Shown in pieces: positions 13,265 to 26,133 of a DNA stretch of 64,000 nt; position 1 is the stretch's first letter, and the number at the start of each line of letters is the position of its first letter. The stretch is from Chiloscyllium plagiosum (taxonomy: Eukaryota), in assembly GCF_004010195.1 (NCBI RefSeq), contig NC_057749.1, forward strand, positions 23,894,892 to 23,958,891, written 5' to 3'. A program made the translations under genes and the position numbers. The notes under the pieces are model-generated. The model saw only the letters and a list, made by a program, of their open reading frames with translations, had not been told where the DNA came from and did not search any database.

Positions 13265-14047
13265 TACTTTTGAGATGTTGCAGAGCATTTTGGATTGTTC
13301 TGAGGTTGCGCCAGGTGCTTTTTAAATGCTTGTTGTCTCTTCAGGGTGTGACTATATAATTATGTCTGCGACAGTCCCAAAATGAGCGTTGGATCTTGAA
13401 TTCTGGTTGCGTTGGTGTGCTTTGCTATCTGCTTTTCACTGAGCTCTTTACACTCACCCCCACTGGGAGTTTGTCTTTGGTGCAGAACGTTTGATGACTG
13501 TACCTCAGACTGATCGAGTGATGGTCCTACATTGGGCCAGTTGCGTTTTGAAAGTTGATCATTTCTGTGCAGGTTGATGGCACGGTGAGGAGCCAGAATT
13601 ATTTCCCTTTTAAAGCTGGAGGAGAGAGAGCTGTGTTTGGCCGGATATTTTTGCAGCAGCTAATGCCCAATGTTATTTTTACAAATTTGGCAGTGGCAGC
13701 ACCTTGGTTCATTACACTGCTTCAGCCAAATTCAGACAGCATGTTATTGGACTGCAGTAAGTCAGAGTCTGTCAAAAACAAAGAGGCAGGAAGTACAAAT
13801 CCCACTAGTATCCGTGTTTAATGTGCCATGGATTATCCGTTCTGCTACATCACAGCTTTGTTCACTCACCCTGGTTTACCCTGGAGATTAGGCTTTCTGC
13901 TCCCTTCCTGTCAAGGTATTGAATGATACTGGAGGGCATTGATATTCAGTCAATGTGACTGCCATTTCATTGCATAAAGCGTTAAGGATGCGATGTAAAT
14001 GGCTACGTTGTTATTGTGTCGGCAAAAAGTGAGACTTCCTTCCATTT

Positions 14048-14965
14048 AGAGTCATAGAGTTGTACAACACGGAAATAGACCCTTTGGTCCAACCTGTCCA
14101 TGCCAACCAGATATCCTAACCTAATCTGCTCCCATTTGGTCTATATCCCTCCAAACTCGTCTGGGATAAATGGGTGTAACTAGTGAGGTGCCACACGATT
14201 GGGTCCTTGGACACCAGCTATTTACAATCTACGTTAACGACTCGGACACAGGGATAGAAGGCCCTGTAGCCAGATTTGTGGACGACACAAAAATAGGCGG
14301 GATGGGAAATTGCAATGAGGAAAGCAGGGCCTTACAAATGGACGTAGCTAGATTAGGAGAGTGGGCCAATATGTGGCAGATGGAGTTTAACATGAGTAAG
14401 TGTGAGGTCATGCATTTGGGTCAAAAAAGTGGGAAGGCGACTTATTATCATAAAATAGGAGAGACTTCGGGGTCCTCTGGTGCAGAGAGATCTAGGTGCA
14501 ACTGTTCATGAGTCACAGAAAACTAGTGTGCAGGTACAGCAGATAAGAAAGGAAGGGAATGAAATGGTGGCTTTTATAGTGAAAGGAATAGAACATCAAG
14601 GTAAGAAGTATTGTTACCTCTATACAAAGTACGAGTGAGAGCACCCCTGGAGTATTGTGCACAGTTTTGGTCCCCTTATTTGAGGAAAGATGGCTTTGGA
14701 GGCAGTTCAGAGGAGGTTAGACTCCCCTACCGTGGGGGAAGGACCTTGTTTATTTGCCCTATCCATGCCCCTTCATGATTTTATAAACCTCTCCGAGGTC
14801 ACCCCTCAACCTCTGACGCTCTGGGGAAAACCGCCCCAGCCTATTCAGCCTCTCCCAATAGTTCCAACCCTCCAACCCCGGCAACATCTTCGCAAATCCT
14901 TCAAGTTTCACAACATACTTCCGATATTAGGGAGACCAGAATTGAAGACAAAAGTGGCCTCACCA
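14048..14965. mobile_element. Cluster of CR1 fragments: minus-strand tail pieces flanking a plus-strand RT fragment (~14160-14720)
   Basis: ORF 14170..14511 has RT motifs (GVTSEVPH.WVLG..LFTIYVND...FVDDTKI...WQMEFN..KC). Confidence 0.8.
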
Positions 14966-15647
14966 ATTTATATTTAGCTTAGTTGGCTGGACGCCTGCTC
15001 GCATTGCAGAGTGACACCCACAGCGTGGGCTCACTTCCAGTGTGGCTGAAGTTACCTGGTGATCCTCAGGTGAAACCACATGAGTCGTGTGCCTCACTCT
15101 CTGTGTTGAGAGAGCAGCCCTATGGTCTGGTCAGACGGCGGTGACTTTACAATCTCAGAACGTTGCAAGGTGTTTGCAGCAGCGAGGCGAGAGTGAGGAT
15201 TGCAAATGCTGGAGAGTTAGAGTCGATAGAGTGTGGCGATGGAAGAAGCAGAGCAGGTCAGCCTGAAGGGTCCTGCCTGAAACGTTGACCCTCCTGCTCC
15301 TCAGATGCTGCCTGACCTGTTTCCAGTACCCCACTTCGTTAGCAAAGTGTTTGCAGAGCACCCAACAGCAAACTGTTGTTGAAGTGTAATTGCTGTCGTG
15401 GGGACCAGGGCAGATGATTTCCCACTTTTCCTAAACAGCAACCTGAGGGCGACCAGATCGGCTGGTTTTGTGATGTTAATTGAGGGGTCAATGTTGGCCA
15501 GTATGAGAGGGACCAGTTCCTCAGGCCCTCTTAGTGACCGTACTTACGGAGGCTTTTTTTAAAATGTTGATCTGAGAAAACAGACAAGGTCTGGCTTTAG
15601 TTTCCCATTGGCAAGGTGGCACGTCTGACAGTGGAGCATTACGACTG

Positions 15648-15955
15648 AGCATGGTGGCTCAGTGGTTAGCATTGCAGCCTCACAGCATCAGGGTCCCAGG
15701 TTCAATTCCCGCCTCTGGCGACTGTCAGTGTGGAGTTTGCACATTCTCCCTGTGTCTGCGTGGGTTTCCTCCGCGTGCTCCGGTTTCCTCCCACAGTCCA
15801 AAGATGTACGGGTCAGGTGAATTGGCCATGCTAAATTGCCCATCGTGTTAGGTGCATTGGTCAGAGGGAAATGGGTCTGGGTGGGTTACTCTTCGGAGGG
15901 TCGGTGTGGACTGGTTGGGCTGAGGGGCCTGTTTCCACACTGTAGGGAATCGAAT
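15648..15955 (+). mobile_element. HE1-like V-SINE
   Basis: tggctcagtggttagc A-box, B-box, V-domain and CR1 tail. Confidence 0.85.
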
Positions 15956-16679
15956 CATTCGGGGAACTCTGCTGGGCATATTCGCTGAGGTTATTGTGTT
16001 TGAACCCTCGGGGTGGGATTGAACCCCAACCTCGTGGCTCAGAGGCGAGACTCAGACAGTTGGCTCCTGGAATAAAGCAATAAATACTCTCAGCCTGAAG
16101 TAATTTTTTTGTTTGCAAGCAATTATACTTTATTCAGAAAGAAAGGAAATCTTTATGTACATTCACAGTTACTAAGGCAGTTCAGATCTGTAGTGTTGTT
16201 GCGTTCAGAGGAGAAAATAAACATTGAGGTTTTGACTTTCTCGAAAGTTAAAACTAATCCAAGAATATTTCTTAATTATGCTAGGTATTAAGAACTATTT
16301 ACGTGTATCTGAGGCATCAGGAGGGTGAAGTAATGACAATGCAGCAATTCTAGTCCCTGTGTTTGTAGGAAAGACTCAGGATGTAAATTTTAAAATGTCT
16401 AAAGATGGCCCCTTGTACATTTATGCAACATCTTGTTAGTAATGCATCAGGGAAGCGCTCTCTGACCTGTTGCAACTCAATCTGCAGCTTTCTGCAATGC
16501 TGGATCAAATACGTTTAAACATCGCTCAGTTGGAGCTACTCACTGACTTCACTACGGATTAGCAACGTGCAAGAGACAGTGCAGCCAAGCGTTTACACAT
16601 CTGAACCTTGGCTGAGTCTTGGGTGTTCTGCATTCCAGTAGCCTGGAATCCACACTGCCAGACTTCGAGAGCCTTAGAA

Positions 16680-16975
16680 GTTAGGAAGGATATTATTAAG
16701 CTGGAGAGGGTTCAGAAAAGATCGATCAGGATGTCGCTGGGAGTGGAGGGTCTGGGTTGTAAACAAAGGCCAGATAGGCTGGGATGTTTTTCACTGGAGG
16801 GTGACCTTATAGAGGTTTATAAAATCACGAGGGCTATAGATAAAATGAATGGCAGGTGTCTTTTCCTGAGGATGGGAGATTTTGAAACTCGGGGGCATAC
16901 ACTAAGGTGAGAGGAGAGAGATTTTAAAAAATACACAAGGGGCAACTTGTTTTGTACAGAATGGTTTGGACTGAA
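16680..16975 (+). mobile_element. CR1 LINE fragment
   Basis: RKDIIKLERVQKR...GDLIEVYKI motif. Confidence 0.75.
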
Positions 16976-17451
16976 TTACCTTGTTGCCACATGTACTCAA
17001 ATGAATACAGTGAGGAGTTTACAGTCACCTCATTACAGCATCATCTCAGCTACAGGTACTGAAGGTCACATTCTTAAAAAACACAAAAAACTAGAAAGGT
17101 GAAGAAATAAATAGTCCAGCATTATTGATAATAGGAATAAATTAGAAAAATAAAAATGTAAGACAGTCAGAATATCAGTTTTTCTGACCCGACCCATTCA
17201 GCACCAGGCCCACTGCCTCATTGCTGCCTGAGCCAGAGATCTCAATGTCTGGGTCACCCCACATTAGGCACCAATTCTGGGCTGACTTTGCTGACACTGC
17301 TAAACCCACACTCACCCTGTGACCGAGAGTCCCTGGCACTGCTGTCAGGCTGGGCTGCAGCCGGGTCTCGAGTCTCCCTTCGGCCTGCTGGCGCTGGCAT
17401 CGAGAATGGTTCATTTTCACTGCCGCAATGGCAGGATAGCGCCTTTGTATG

Positions 17452-17845
17452 CTGCTATGTCCTCTCGCTGGGAGAATGTACCCAGCGCTATGTCCTCTCG
17501 CCAGGAGAATGTACCCGGCGCCATGTCCTCTCACCGGGAGAACGTACCCGGCGCCATGTCCTCTCGCCGGGAGAATGTACCCGGCGCCATGTCCTCTCAC
17601 CGGGAGAATGTACCCAGCGCTATGTCCTCTCGCCGGGAGAATGTACCCAGCGCTATGTCCTCTCGCCGGGAGAATGTACCCAGTGCTATGTCCTCTCGCC
17701 GGGAGAATATACCTGGTGCTATGTCCTCTCACCGGGAGAACGTACCCGGCGCCATGTCCTCTCGCCGGGAGAATGTACCCGGCGCCATGTCCTCTCGCCG
17801 GGAGAATGTACTCGGTGCTATGTCCTCTCGCTGGGAGAATGTACC
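17452..17845. repeat. 33-bp minisatellite, ~12 copies (tatgtcctctcgccgggagaatgtacccggcgc)
   Basis: Directly visible; gives 11-aa periodicity in several ORF frames. Confidence 0.95.
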
Positions 17846-18561
17846 TGTAATGTTAAAAGGTTAAATTGTACTCTCTCTCTGAACATTAATGTTAAAGGGT
17901 TAAACTGTACTGTCTTTCTCCAAGGAGCTGAACATTCTGGAAGTGGGTGGGGGTAACGTTCTGTCTCACAGACAGCATGCAGGAATGTGGATGACTGTCC
18001 GTCGTAATTCACACTTCACCTGGGCAGCCATTTACTACTATTCTGCTGCTATTTTCAAATTAAACTCTAATTCAGTCCCTTCCATTCAGAAATGCTTGCA
18101 TAGCCATCCCCTGATACCGCAGTATATCACACCTATATTGTCTGGGGAAGGAGCGGGACCAGAAATCATTTGCAGGGCCACCCCGAAGCAAGGACATATC
18201 CCACCCACACTGTCTTGGAGAATCACGGAGTCAGGAAACCGTCTGCATAACGATTCCTCAGGATTAGGGCGTTTACATTCACATTATTTCCCAGGATGAC
18301 CCCAGCCTACCCTTGTACCTGGGGAAACGTGGTTATGGGTGAAGGGAGTGGCTGGAGTACCTGTGAGCATTACCAACTGACCTGGGTAAAGGGGGTGTGT
18401 TTCCTTAGTTCGGGGCCTCCTTTGCCTTGACTTTGCACGCCTGCAAGGAGGGTCAAAGGGGTCACCTCGCTCGTGCAGGCTTTAATAAACTTTAACTGTT
18501 TGCGGAATTGGTGTGTGCAAATTGCATCTCATCTGTGAAACCTGGGGAAAAGATCCTAACA
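17846..18561 (+). mobile_element. Probable solo LTR
   Basis: Non-repetitive ~715-bp block between two related minisatellites. TG...CA ends (tgtaa/tgtta...taaca); AATAAA at 18484-18489 followed by GT-rich sequence. No clear target-site duplication. Confidence 0.4.
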
Positions 18562-18566
18562 TCGCC

Positions 18567-19990
18567 TCTGCTGCCAGTATCCCATTCACCGGGAGAACGT
18601 CCCTGCTGTTGCCAGTATCCCACTCACCGGGAGAACGTCCCTGCTGTTGCCGGTATCCCACTCACCGGGAGAACGTCCCTGCTGCTGCCGGTATCGCACT
18701 CACCGGGAGAATGTCCCTGTTGCCAGTATCCCACTCACCGGGAGAATGTCCCTGCTGCCGGTATTCGACTCACCGGGAGAATGTCCCTGTTGCCGGTATC
18801 CCTCTGACCAGGAGAGTGTCCCTGCTGCTGCCGGTATTCCTCTCACTGGGACAACGTCCCTGTTGCCGGTATCCCTCTCACCAGGAGACTGTCCCTGCTG
18901 CCGGTATCCCTCTCATGGGGAGAATTTCCCTGCTGCCGGTATCCCTCTCACCGGGAGAGTGTCCCTGTTGCCGGTATCCCTCTCACCGGGAGACCGTCCC
19001 TGTTGCCGGTATCCCTCTCACCGGGAGACCGTCCCTGTTGCCGGTATCCCTCTCACTGGGAGAACGTCCCTGCTGCCGGTATCCCTCTCACCGGGAGAAC
19101 GTCCCTGTTGCCGGTATCCCTCTCACCGGGAGAACGTCCCTGTTGCCGGTATCCCTCTCATGGGGAGATTTCCCTGCTGCTGCCGGTAACCCTCTCAAAT
19201 GGAGAACGTCCCTGCTGCTGGTATCTCTCTCACCGGGAGAACGTCCCTGTTGCCGGTATCTCTCTCACCGGGACAACGTCCCTGTTGCCGGTAACCCTCT
19301 CAAATGGAGAACGTCCCTGCTGCTGGTATCCCTCTCACCGGGAGAACGTCCCTGTTGCCGGTATCTCTCTCACCGGGAGAACGTCTCTGTTGCCGGTATC
19401 CCTCTCACCGGGAGAACATCCCTGCTGCCGGTATCCCTCTCACCGGGAGAACGTCCCTGTTGCCGGTATCCCTCTCACCGGGAGAATGTCCCTTTTGCCG
19501 GTATCCCTCTCACCGGGAGAACATCCCTGCTGCCGGTATCCCTCTCACCGGGAGAACATCTCTGCTGCCGGTATCCCTCTCACCGGGAGAACGTCCCTGT
19601 TGCCGGTATCCCTCTCACCGGGAGAATGTCCCTTTTGCCGGTATCCCTCTCACCGGGAGAACATCCCTGCTGCCGGTATCCCTCTCACCTGGAGAACATC
19701 TCTGCTGCCGGTATCCCTCTCACCGGGAGAACGTCCCTGTTGCCGGTATCCCTCTCACCGGGAGAACGTCCCTGTTGCCGGTATCGCTCTCACCGGGAGA
19801 ACGTCCCTGTTGCCGGTATCTCTCTCACCGGGAGAACATCCCTGCTGCCGTATCCCTCTCACCGGGAGAACATCTCTGCTGCCGGTATCCCTCTCACTGG
19901 GAGAACGTCCCTGTTGCCGGTATCTCTCTCACCGGGAGAACGTCCTTGTTTCCGGTATCTCTCTCACCGGGAGAACGTCCCTGCTGATAC
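18567..19990. repeat. 35-bp CpG-rich minisatellite, ~40 copies (ctgttgccggtatccctctcaccgggagaacgtcc)
   Basis: Directly visible; occasional units carry an extra ctg. Confidence 0.95.
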
Positions 19991-20214
19991 CTCCGTTCGC
20001 CGAGCGAAGCCACGTCTGTCTCCCCGCATGCGGCTCCCTCTCACTTCCGTGCCGGTGCTGCTGAGCCAAGCACTACGGACAGGAAGGGAAGCAAAGGCCA
20101 AAAGAAAAGCGAGGAAGTGAAAGTAAAGCAAAGAAGGAGAGTGGATGGGAGAGGGTGGGACCTGGGCAAGTGCCCGCACACAGCCCTGTTACCCCAGCAC
20201 CACCTACCACCAGT

Positions 20215-20410
20215 TTATGTGCGGAGTGAAGTTCCAGAGAAAGTGGCAGATGTGGGTACAGTCACAATCTTTCAGAGACATTTGGACAAGTTCATGAATA
20301 GGAAAGGTTGGAGGGATATGGGCATGGAGCAGGGACTAGTTTAGTTTGGGATTATGGTTGGCATGGACTGGTTGGACCGAAGGGCCCGTTTCTGTGCTGT
20401 ATGACTCTAT
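20215..20410 (+). mobile_element. CR1/HER1-like LINE 3' tail
   Basis: Matches the common tail. Confidence 0.75.
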
Positions 20411-22179
20411 AGACATTCCTGTTCAAGTGTTCATTTGAAATGCGGGCCGAATGGCCTCCATGTGTGCCACAAACCTTGTGTTCTTCCATGGGGGAGGGAG
20501 TCCCGGGATATTGACCCAGGAACTCTGATGATAAAGTGATATACCTCCATGAAAGGAACTATGTTCCCTTTAGTTTGCACAGTCACAGGGGACTGTTTTT
20601 GTCTCTATCCCCGTCCAGTGAAAGACCTATCTGATTTATGCAGTGCCCCTTCTGTCCCCATAGCTTTGCAAAATGTTTTCCTTCGATTTTGTGACTGATT
20701 CTCTTTTGGAAGTTCAGTTTTATTTGTTCTATGGAATGTGGGCGTTGACCTTGTGAAGGTGATGGTGGGCAGCCTTATTGAACCGAGGCAGACCCTGTGC
20801 TGCAGGTTGACCCACAGTGCAGGAGGATTAGGGCCAGGGGTGTATTTGAATGGTTCCAGGGATGGGAAGCTTCAGTTCTGAGGACAGATTGAAGAGGTTG
20901 GGTAGAGGAAGGAGATCTGATGAGGGGGAAGCTTCAAAACTACGAGTGGCCTTAAGAGAGTACCTTGGGAAAATTGTCCCACTTGTGAAGGGACCAAGAT
21001 TGCGAGGAGATCGTGATTTGCAAAAGAAGCAAGGGTGATGTTTTTAAATTGAGTAGTTGGAGTATGTAAAGGGCTGACGGAAACGTGATGGAAGCAGTTT
21101 CATTTGAGGCACTCCGGACTGCGATGCCTGGTTATCTGGGTAACAAACAGAGTGCAAAATCCTGAAAAATAAACCAAGGAGAACATAAATTTATTCAAGG
21201 AGCAGCATAATCACAGTAGCCAAGGGGATTTTGCCAAATTGGACAGCGTGATGACAAGGAATATAAATGTTGACTGTATATCACAGGAAATCAGGCAGGA
21301 GAGGCAAATCACGGGATCACACAGCTTGGAAAGAAGACTTTCAGCCCATCATTGCTGTACTAGCCCTTTGAAAGAGCCGTCCAATGAGTCCCACTCACCT
21401 TAGTTTCTCTCCACAGCCCATGCTTCCTCTCGGGTAGTTATTCACTCCCTTTTTGAATGTTCCCGTTGAACTGTCTGTGCCTGATTGGCAACGTCTGGGG
21501 GAGCTTTGCAGAGTGAGGGGACCTCATCGAGGTGCTGTCGTGATGGACTGTACTTGCACACTGGAATACTCCTGTCAGTTCCGTATTGGAAGAGGGTTTA
21601 GGGAGTCTGCTGGTACCTGACAAAGATCAACAGGGTCGAAGATAACCAGAGGTCGGTAGTAGTATTTTCTGGCGACAGTGACTGAAGGAGTTAATATTAA
21701 ACCAATCCAGTCATTGCAACACACCCAAATATCCAGCATGATTTAAGGTCAATGGAACTGAGGTACTTGGCAAACGGAAGTTGCTGAAGAACAGCCAATC
21801 CATCGGGGTCAACTGGCAGACATCGGGGTCTTGAATGAGACTCGTGAACCGGCCCAAGTTCTGGAGGAGACTGTTGGGCCGGAGACGATCCATGTGGGAA
21901 ATGTGACACCTCGGGTCCATTGAGTTGAGGCTCTGTTACTATATCTACAGTGGCTGCTGTCCGTGTTAGGTGAGTGCTCATAACGTCAGCTAGACAGAGA
22001 GCTTGTACCCAAGTTGGGAAATCAACAGGCAGCACAGCTACACGAGAAGATCATTCTGAGAATTCGAGGAATCTATGGCCTCGTAGTATTTGGACTGGGC
22101 TGTTAACTCAGAGAGGGAGGAAGATTTTTGCTAAGGAAGGAGATGTGGCTGTGGTAGCGAGTCTGTTTGAGGACGTTTT

Positions 22180-22480
22180 TGCTGAGGAAGGAGTTAACTC
22201 AGAGACCCAGGTAATGCTCTGGGGCCTTTGGTTCAAATCCCACTGTGACAAATGGTGGAATTTGAATTCAATTTTTAAAAGTCTGGAATTAAGACCATGA
22301 ATCGATTGTTGATTGTTGGAAAATCCCATCTGGTTCACTCATGCCCTTCAGGGAAGGAAACTGCCATCTTTACCTGGTCTGGCCTACATGTGACTCCTGG
22401 CCCACAGCGATGTCGTTGACTGTTCGCTGCCCCCGGGCAATAAATGCTGGCCCAGCCAGCCACGTTCTCCCCTCGCGAAC
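22180..22480 (+). mobile_element. tRNA-derived SINE, second family
   Basis: ggttcaaatccc B-box, then gaattcaa...catctggttcact...gggaaggaaactgcc...cctacatgtgactcc...aataaatgctggcc; several copies in the window. Confidence 0.7.
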
Positions 22481-22869
22481 AATTTTTTTTTTACGTGACA
22501 AGTCGAAGGGTCAAGGCACTCTGTGAAATCGTTTAATTGGATTTTCACAAAGCATTTGGCCGAGTTTGGCAGGTTAAACGGAAAAATCAGTTGTGTGCTT
22601 AAATAAAAATCCTGCGTTATCAAACAAAAGCAGAAGTGGAGAGAGAAAAACAGTTAACATTTCAGCTCCAGTGACCCCAAAAAGAGACCTGCTGATTTTC
22701 TCCAGCACTTTCTGTTTTTACTTCAAATTTCCAGCATCCATGGTTCTCGGTATTACTATCCTGCATTGTGAAGTTTGTTTTATCCCATTACTGCATTGGT
22801 AATAATATAAGTATTTTTTCCTCTTTATTCTTTCATTGGATGTGGGTATCACTGGCAAGGCAAGCATTT

Positions 22870-23140
22870 TTAGATTAGATTCTCTACAGTGTGGCCCTTT
22901 GGCCCAACAAAACCGCTCCTCCAAAAAGAAACTCACCCAAACCCTTTCCCCTACCCAATATTTACCCCTGACTAACGCACCTAACACTGTGGATAATTTA
23001 GCATGGCCAATTCACCTGACCTGCACATCTCTGGGAGGAAACCCACGCAGACCCGGGGAGAATGTGCAAACTCCACACGGACAGGTGCTGTGACCCTGGT
23101 GCTGTGAGGCAGCAGTGCCAACCACTGAGCCACCGTGCTG
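22870..23140 (-). mobile_element. HE1-like V-SINE
   Basis: Reverse complement of the V-SINE consensus seen in the window. Confidence 0.8.
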
Positions 23141-23319
23141 CCCCTCTCTCCTTGCCCTTGAACTGGGCCTTTTCAGAGGGCAGTTCAGAGTCAACCCGTT
23201 GCTGTGGGTCAGGAGTCCCATGTAGCTCAGGATGGTGGATTCCCATTCCTGAAAGAATTGAGTGAACCAAATGAGATTTTACGCCAATCCTGGATAACCC
23301 CATGGTCATCATTCCTCAG

Positions 23320-23502
23320 TTAAAAATCACACAACACCAGGTTATAGTCCAACAGGTTTAATTGGAAGCACACTAGCTTTCAGAGTGCCGCTCCTTCATC
23401 AGGTGAAAGCTAGTGTGCTTCCAATTAAACCTGTTGGGCTGTAACCTGGTGTTGTGTGATTTTTAACTTTGTACACCCAAGTCCAACACCGGCATCCCCA
23501 AA
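23320..23502. mobile_element. Palindromic Penelope-like terminal repeat (family B) with 14-bp TSD, inside a tRNA-SINE
   Basis: aaaaatcacacaacaccagg...ctggtgttgtgtgattttt inverted arms; tcatcattcctcag at 23306-23319 and 23503-23516. Confidence 0.8.
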
Positions 23503-24009
23503 TCATCATTCCTCAGCCTAGCTTTTAATTACACATTTAATCATTGAATTTAAATTCAGTCAGCTGCAGTGGTGGACATTTCCCTACAGTCAGTGTACAG
23601 AGTATGGGCGAGGTTTCCATCCAGTGAAATCCCATAGGTATCAGCGCACGGCAGACCGGAAAATGTAAATTTGGGTTGTGCCTTTCTCAGAATGTCTTGA
23701 AGCTGGTCACAGACAGCTATGTATTTTCGTAACATCCACCTGAGAGAAAGGTATTCATTGAAAAGGCAGTCCCTCTGATAGTGTAGCTCTCCCTCTGTAC
23801 AGCACTGCAGAGTCGGCTTGGATTAAGCGCTGAGTTGTACAGTTGGGTAGACATGGGTCGAATTACATTTATTATTGGCAAATGTTGAACACTGAAACTG
23901 AAACAATAATTTTGCTGACAAAAATTTAAAGATTATGAATACCAAAAACTGTGCTCTATCTTAAACGCTCAGTTATGTTGTAAGTATGAAAAGTGCACTG
24001 GAAATCAAG

Positions 24010-25390
24010 GAGCAGTCACTTTATTGGGAGTTTCTGCAGACCCCCATAGCAACAGAGACATGGAGGAGCAGATTGGGAGGCAGATTTTGAAAAGGTGCAG
24101 AAGTAACAGGGTTGTTGTCATGGGCGACTTCAACTTCCCTAATATTGATTGGAACCTCCTTAGTGCAAATAGTTTGGAAGGATCAGATTTTGTCAGGTGT
24201 GTCCAGGGGGGATTCCTGACTCAATATGTAGATAGGCCAACTATTGGATTTGGTGCTTGATAACGAACCAGGTCAGGTGTCAGATCTCTCAATGGGAGAG
24301 CATTTCAGTTATAGTGATCACAACTCCCTGACCTTTACTGTACTCATGGAAAGGGATAGGAATAGACAGTATGGGAAAATATTTAATCAGGGGAGGGGGA
24401 ATTACAATGTTATTAGGCGGGAACTGTGGACCATAAATTGGGAGCAGATATTTTCAGGGAAATAGACGACAGAAATGTGGAGGTTGTTTAGGGACCGCTT
24501 GCTGTGAGTGTTGGATAGGTTTGTTCCACTGAGTCAAGGCAGGGATGGTAGAGTGAAGGAACCCAGGGTGACGAGAGATGTGGAATGACTAGTCAAGAAG
24601 GAAAACAAGCTTACTTAAGGTTGAGGAAGCAAGGGTCAGACAGGGCTCTAGAGAGTCACAAGGTAGCCTCTAGAGGAAGGAACTGAAGAATGGACTTCGG
24701 AGAGCTAGAAGGGAGCATGAAAAAGCCTTGGTGGCTAGGATTAAGGAAAGCCCCAAGGCATTCTACACTTGTGAGAGGAACAAGAGGGCAGCCAGAGTGA
24801 GGGTAGTGTTGATCAGGGATAGTGGAGGGAATTTGTGCCTGCAGTCGGAGGAGATAGGGGAGGTCTTTAATTAATATTTTGCTTCAGTATTCACAGATGA
24901 GGGGCATCTTGTCATTTGTGAGGACAGCATGACACAGGCTGATATGCTTGAACAGGTTGATGTTAAGAAGGAGAATGTGCTGGAAATTTTGAAAACATAA
25001 GGATAGATAAGTCCCGTAGGCCAGGGGAATATACCCAAGGTTACTACGGGGAGGGAGGGAAAAGAGGAAGTGGTGGAGGCTGGTACAATTGCAACATTTA
25101 AGAGGCATTTGGATGGGTATATGAATAGGAAGGGTTTGGAGGAATCTGGGCCGGGTGCTGGCAGGAGGGACTACATTGGATTGGGATATCTGGTCAGCAT
25201 GGACGGGTTGGACCGAAGGGTCTGTTACCATGCTGTATATCTCTATGACTCTATTTAAGCGACTCTCGGACAGACGCATGGATGATAGTAAACTGAAGGG
25301 TCTGTAGGTTAGTTTGATCATAGAGTAGGATAAAAGGTTGGCACAACATCGAGGGCCGAAGGACTGTGCTGCACTGTCCTATGTTCTATA
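24010..25390 (+). mobile_element. Decayed CR1 LINE: APE endonuclease region, large internal deletion and 3' tail
   Basis: ORFs with VVMGDFNFPNIDW, DLVLDNEP and SDHNSLTF (AP-endonuclease motifs). A second CR1 tail is inserted at ~25060-25254. Confidence 0.9.
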
Positions 25391-26133
25391 TGTCTTGGCA
25401 AAGTATTCCATTACTGTTGAAGTGTCAGAAATGTGAAAAACAAGATCCCACAAGCATCATTAGCAGTAGCCAACCGATGCCTAGTTTGTTAGTGCAATGG
25501 GAATTCTTATGCAGCAGACTATAGTTCCTGATGTTTGGAGGTTGGTTAGCTCAATTGGCTGGATAGCTGGTTTGTGATACAGTATGACCCCAATAGCGTG
25601 GGTTCAATTCCCACACACCAGCTGAGGTTTTCATGAAGGACTCTCTTTCTCAACTCTCCCCTCACCAAAGGCATCAGTCCTCTCTCTCTCTCTCAGGAGA
25701 GAGCAGCCCAATGGTCTGGTCAGACCTTACCTCTAGGTGTTGGTTAAGGTATAAATAGTAAGATCAGGACTCCAGGGATAAGCACCTTCCACCATCTTCA
25801 AAATTGTGCCATTGGATGTTTTACATTCATCTGTGAGGGGAGATATTCATAGAAAAGACAGTATAGCACTCCGACTGTCCTGCGCTACAGAGTAAACTTG
25901 GATTATGTGTTGCATTGCGCAATTGGGTAAACATGGGTCCAATTGGATTTATTAATGGTAAATTTTGCTTATAATTTTGCTAATCAAAATTTCAAGGTCA
26001 TGAAAGCTAGAAGCTGTGTTCCATCTTAAACTGCCAGTGATTTTGTAAGTATTGTGTTAAAAATGCACTCAAAATCAAGGCATCTTGGAATAGTACTCCT
26101 GAGTACTGATCAAAAGTCATGATCAAAAGTATG

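Noticed and set aside
17452..19990. Regular 33-35 bp partly palindromic repeats resembling a CRISPR array
   Set aside because: Units are head-to-tail with no unique spacers, there are no cas genes, and the context is vertebrate intronic DNA.
18513..20120. Long ORFs of 535, 353 and 227 aa
   Set aside because: They result from a stop-poor tandem repeat open in several frames; no domain or splice support.
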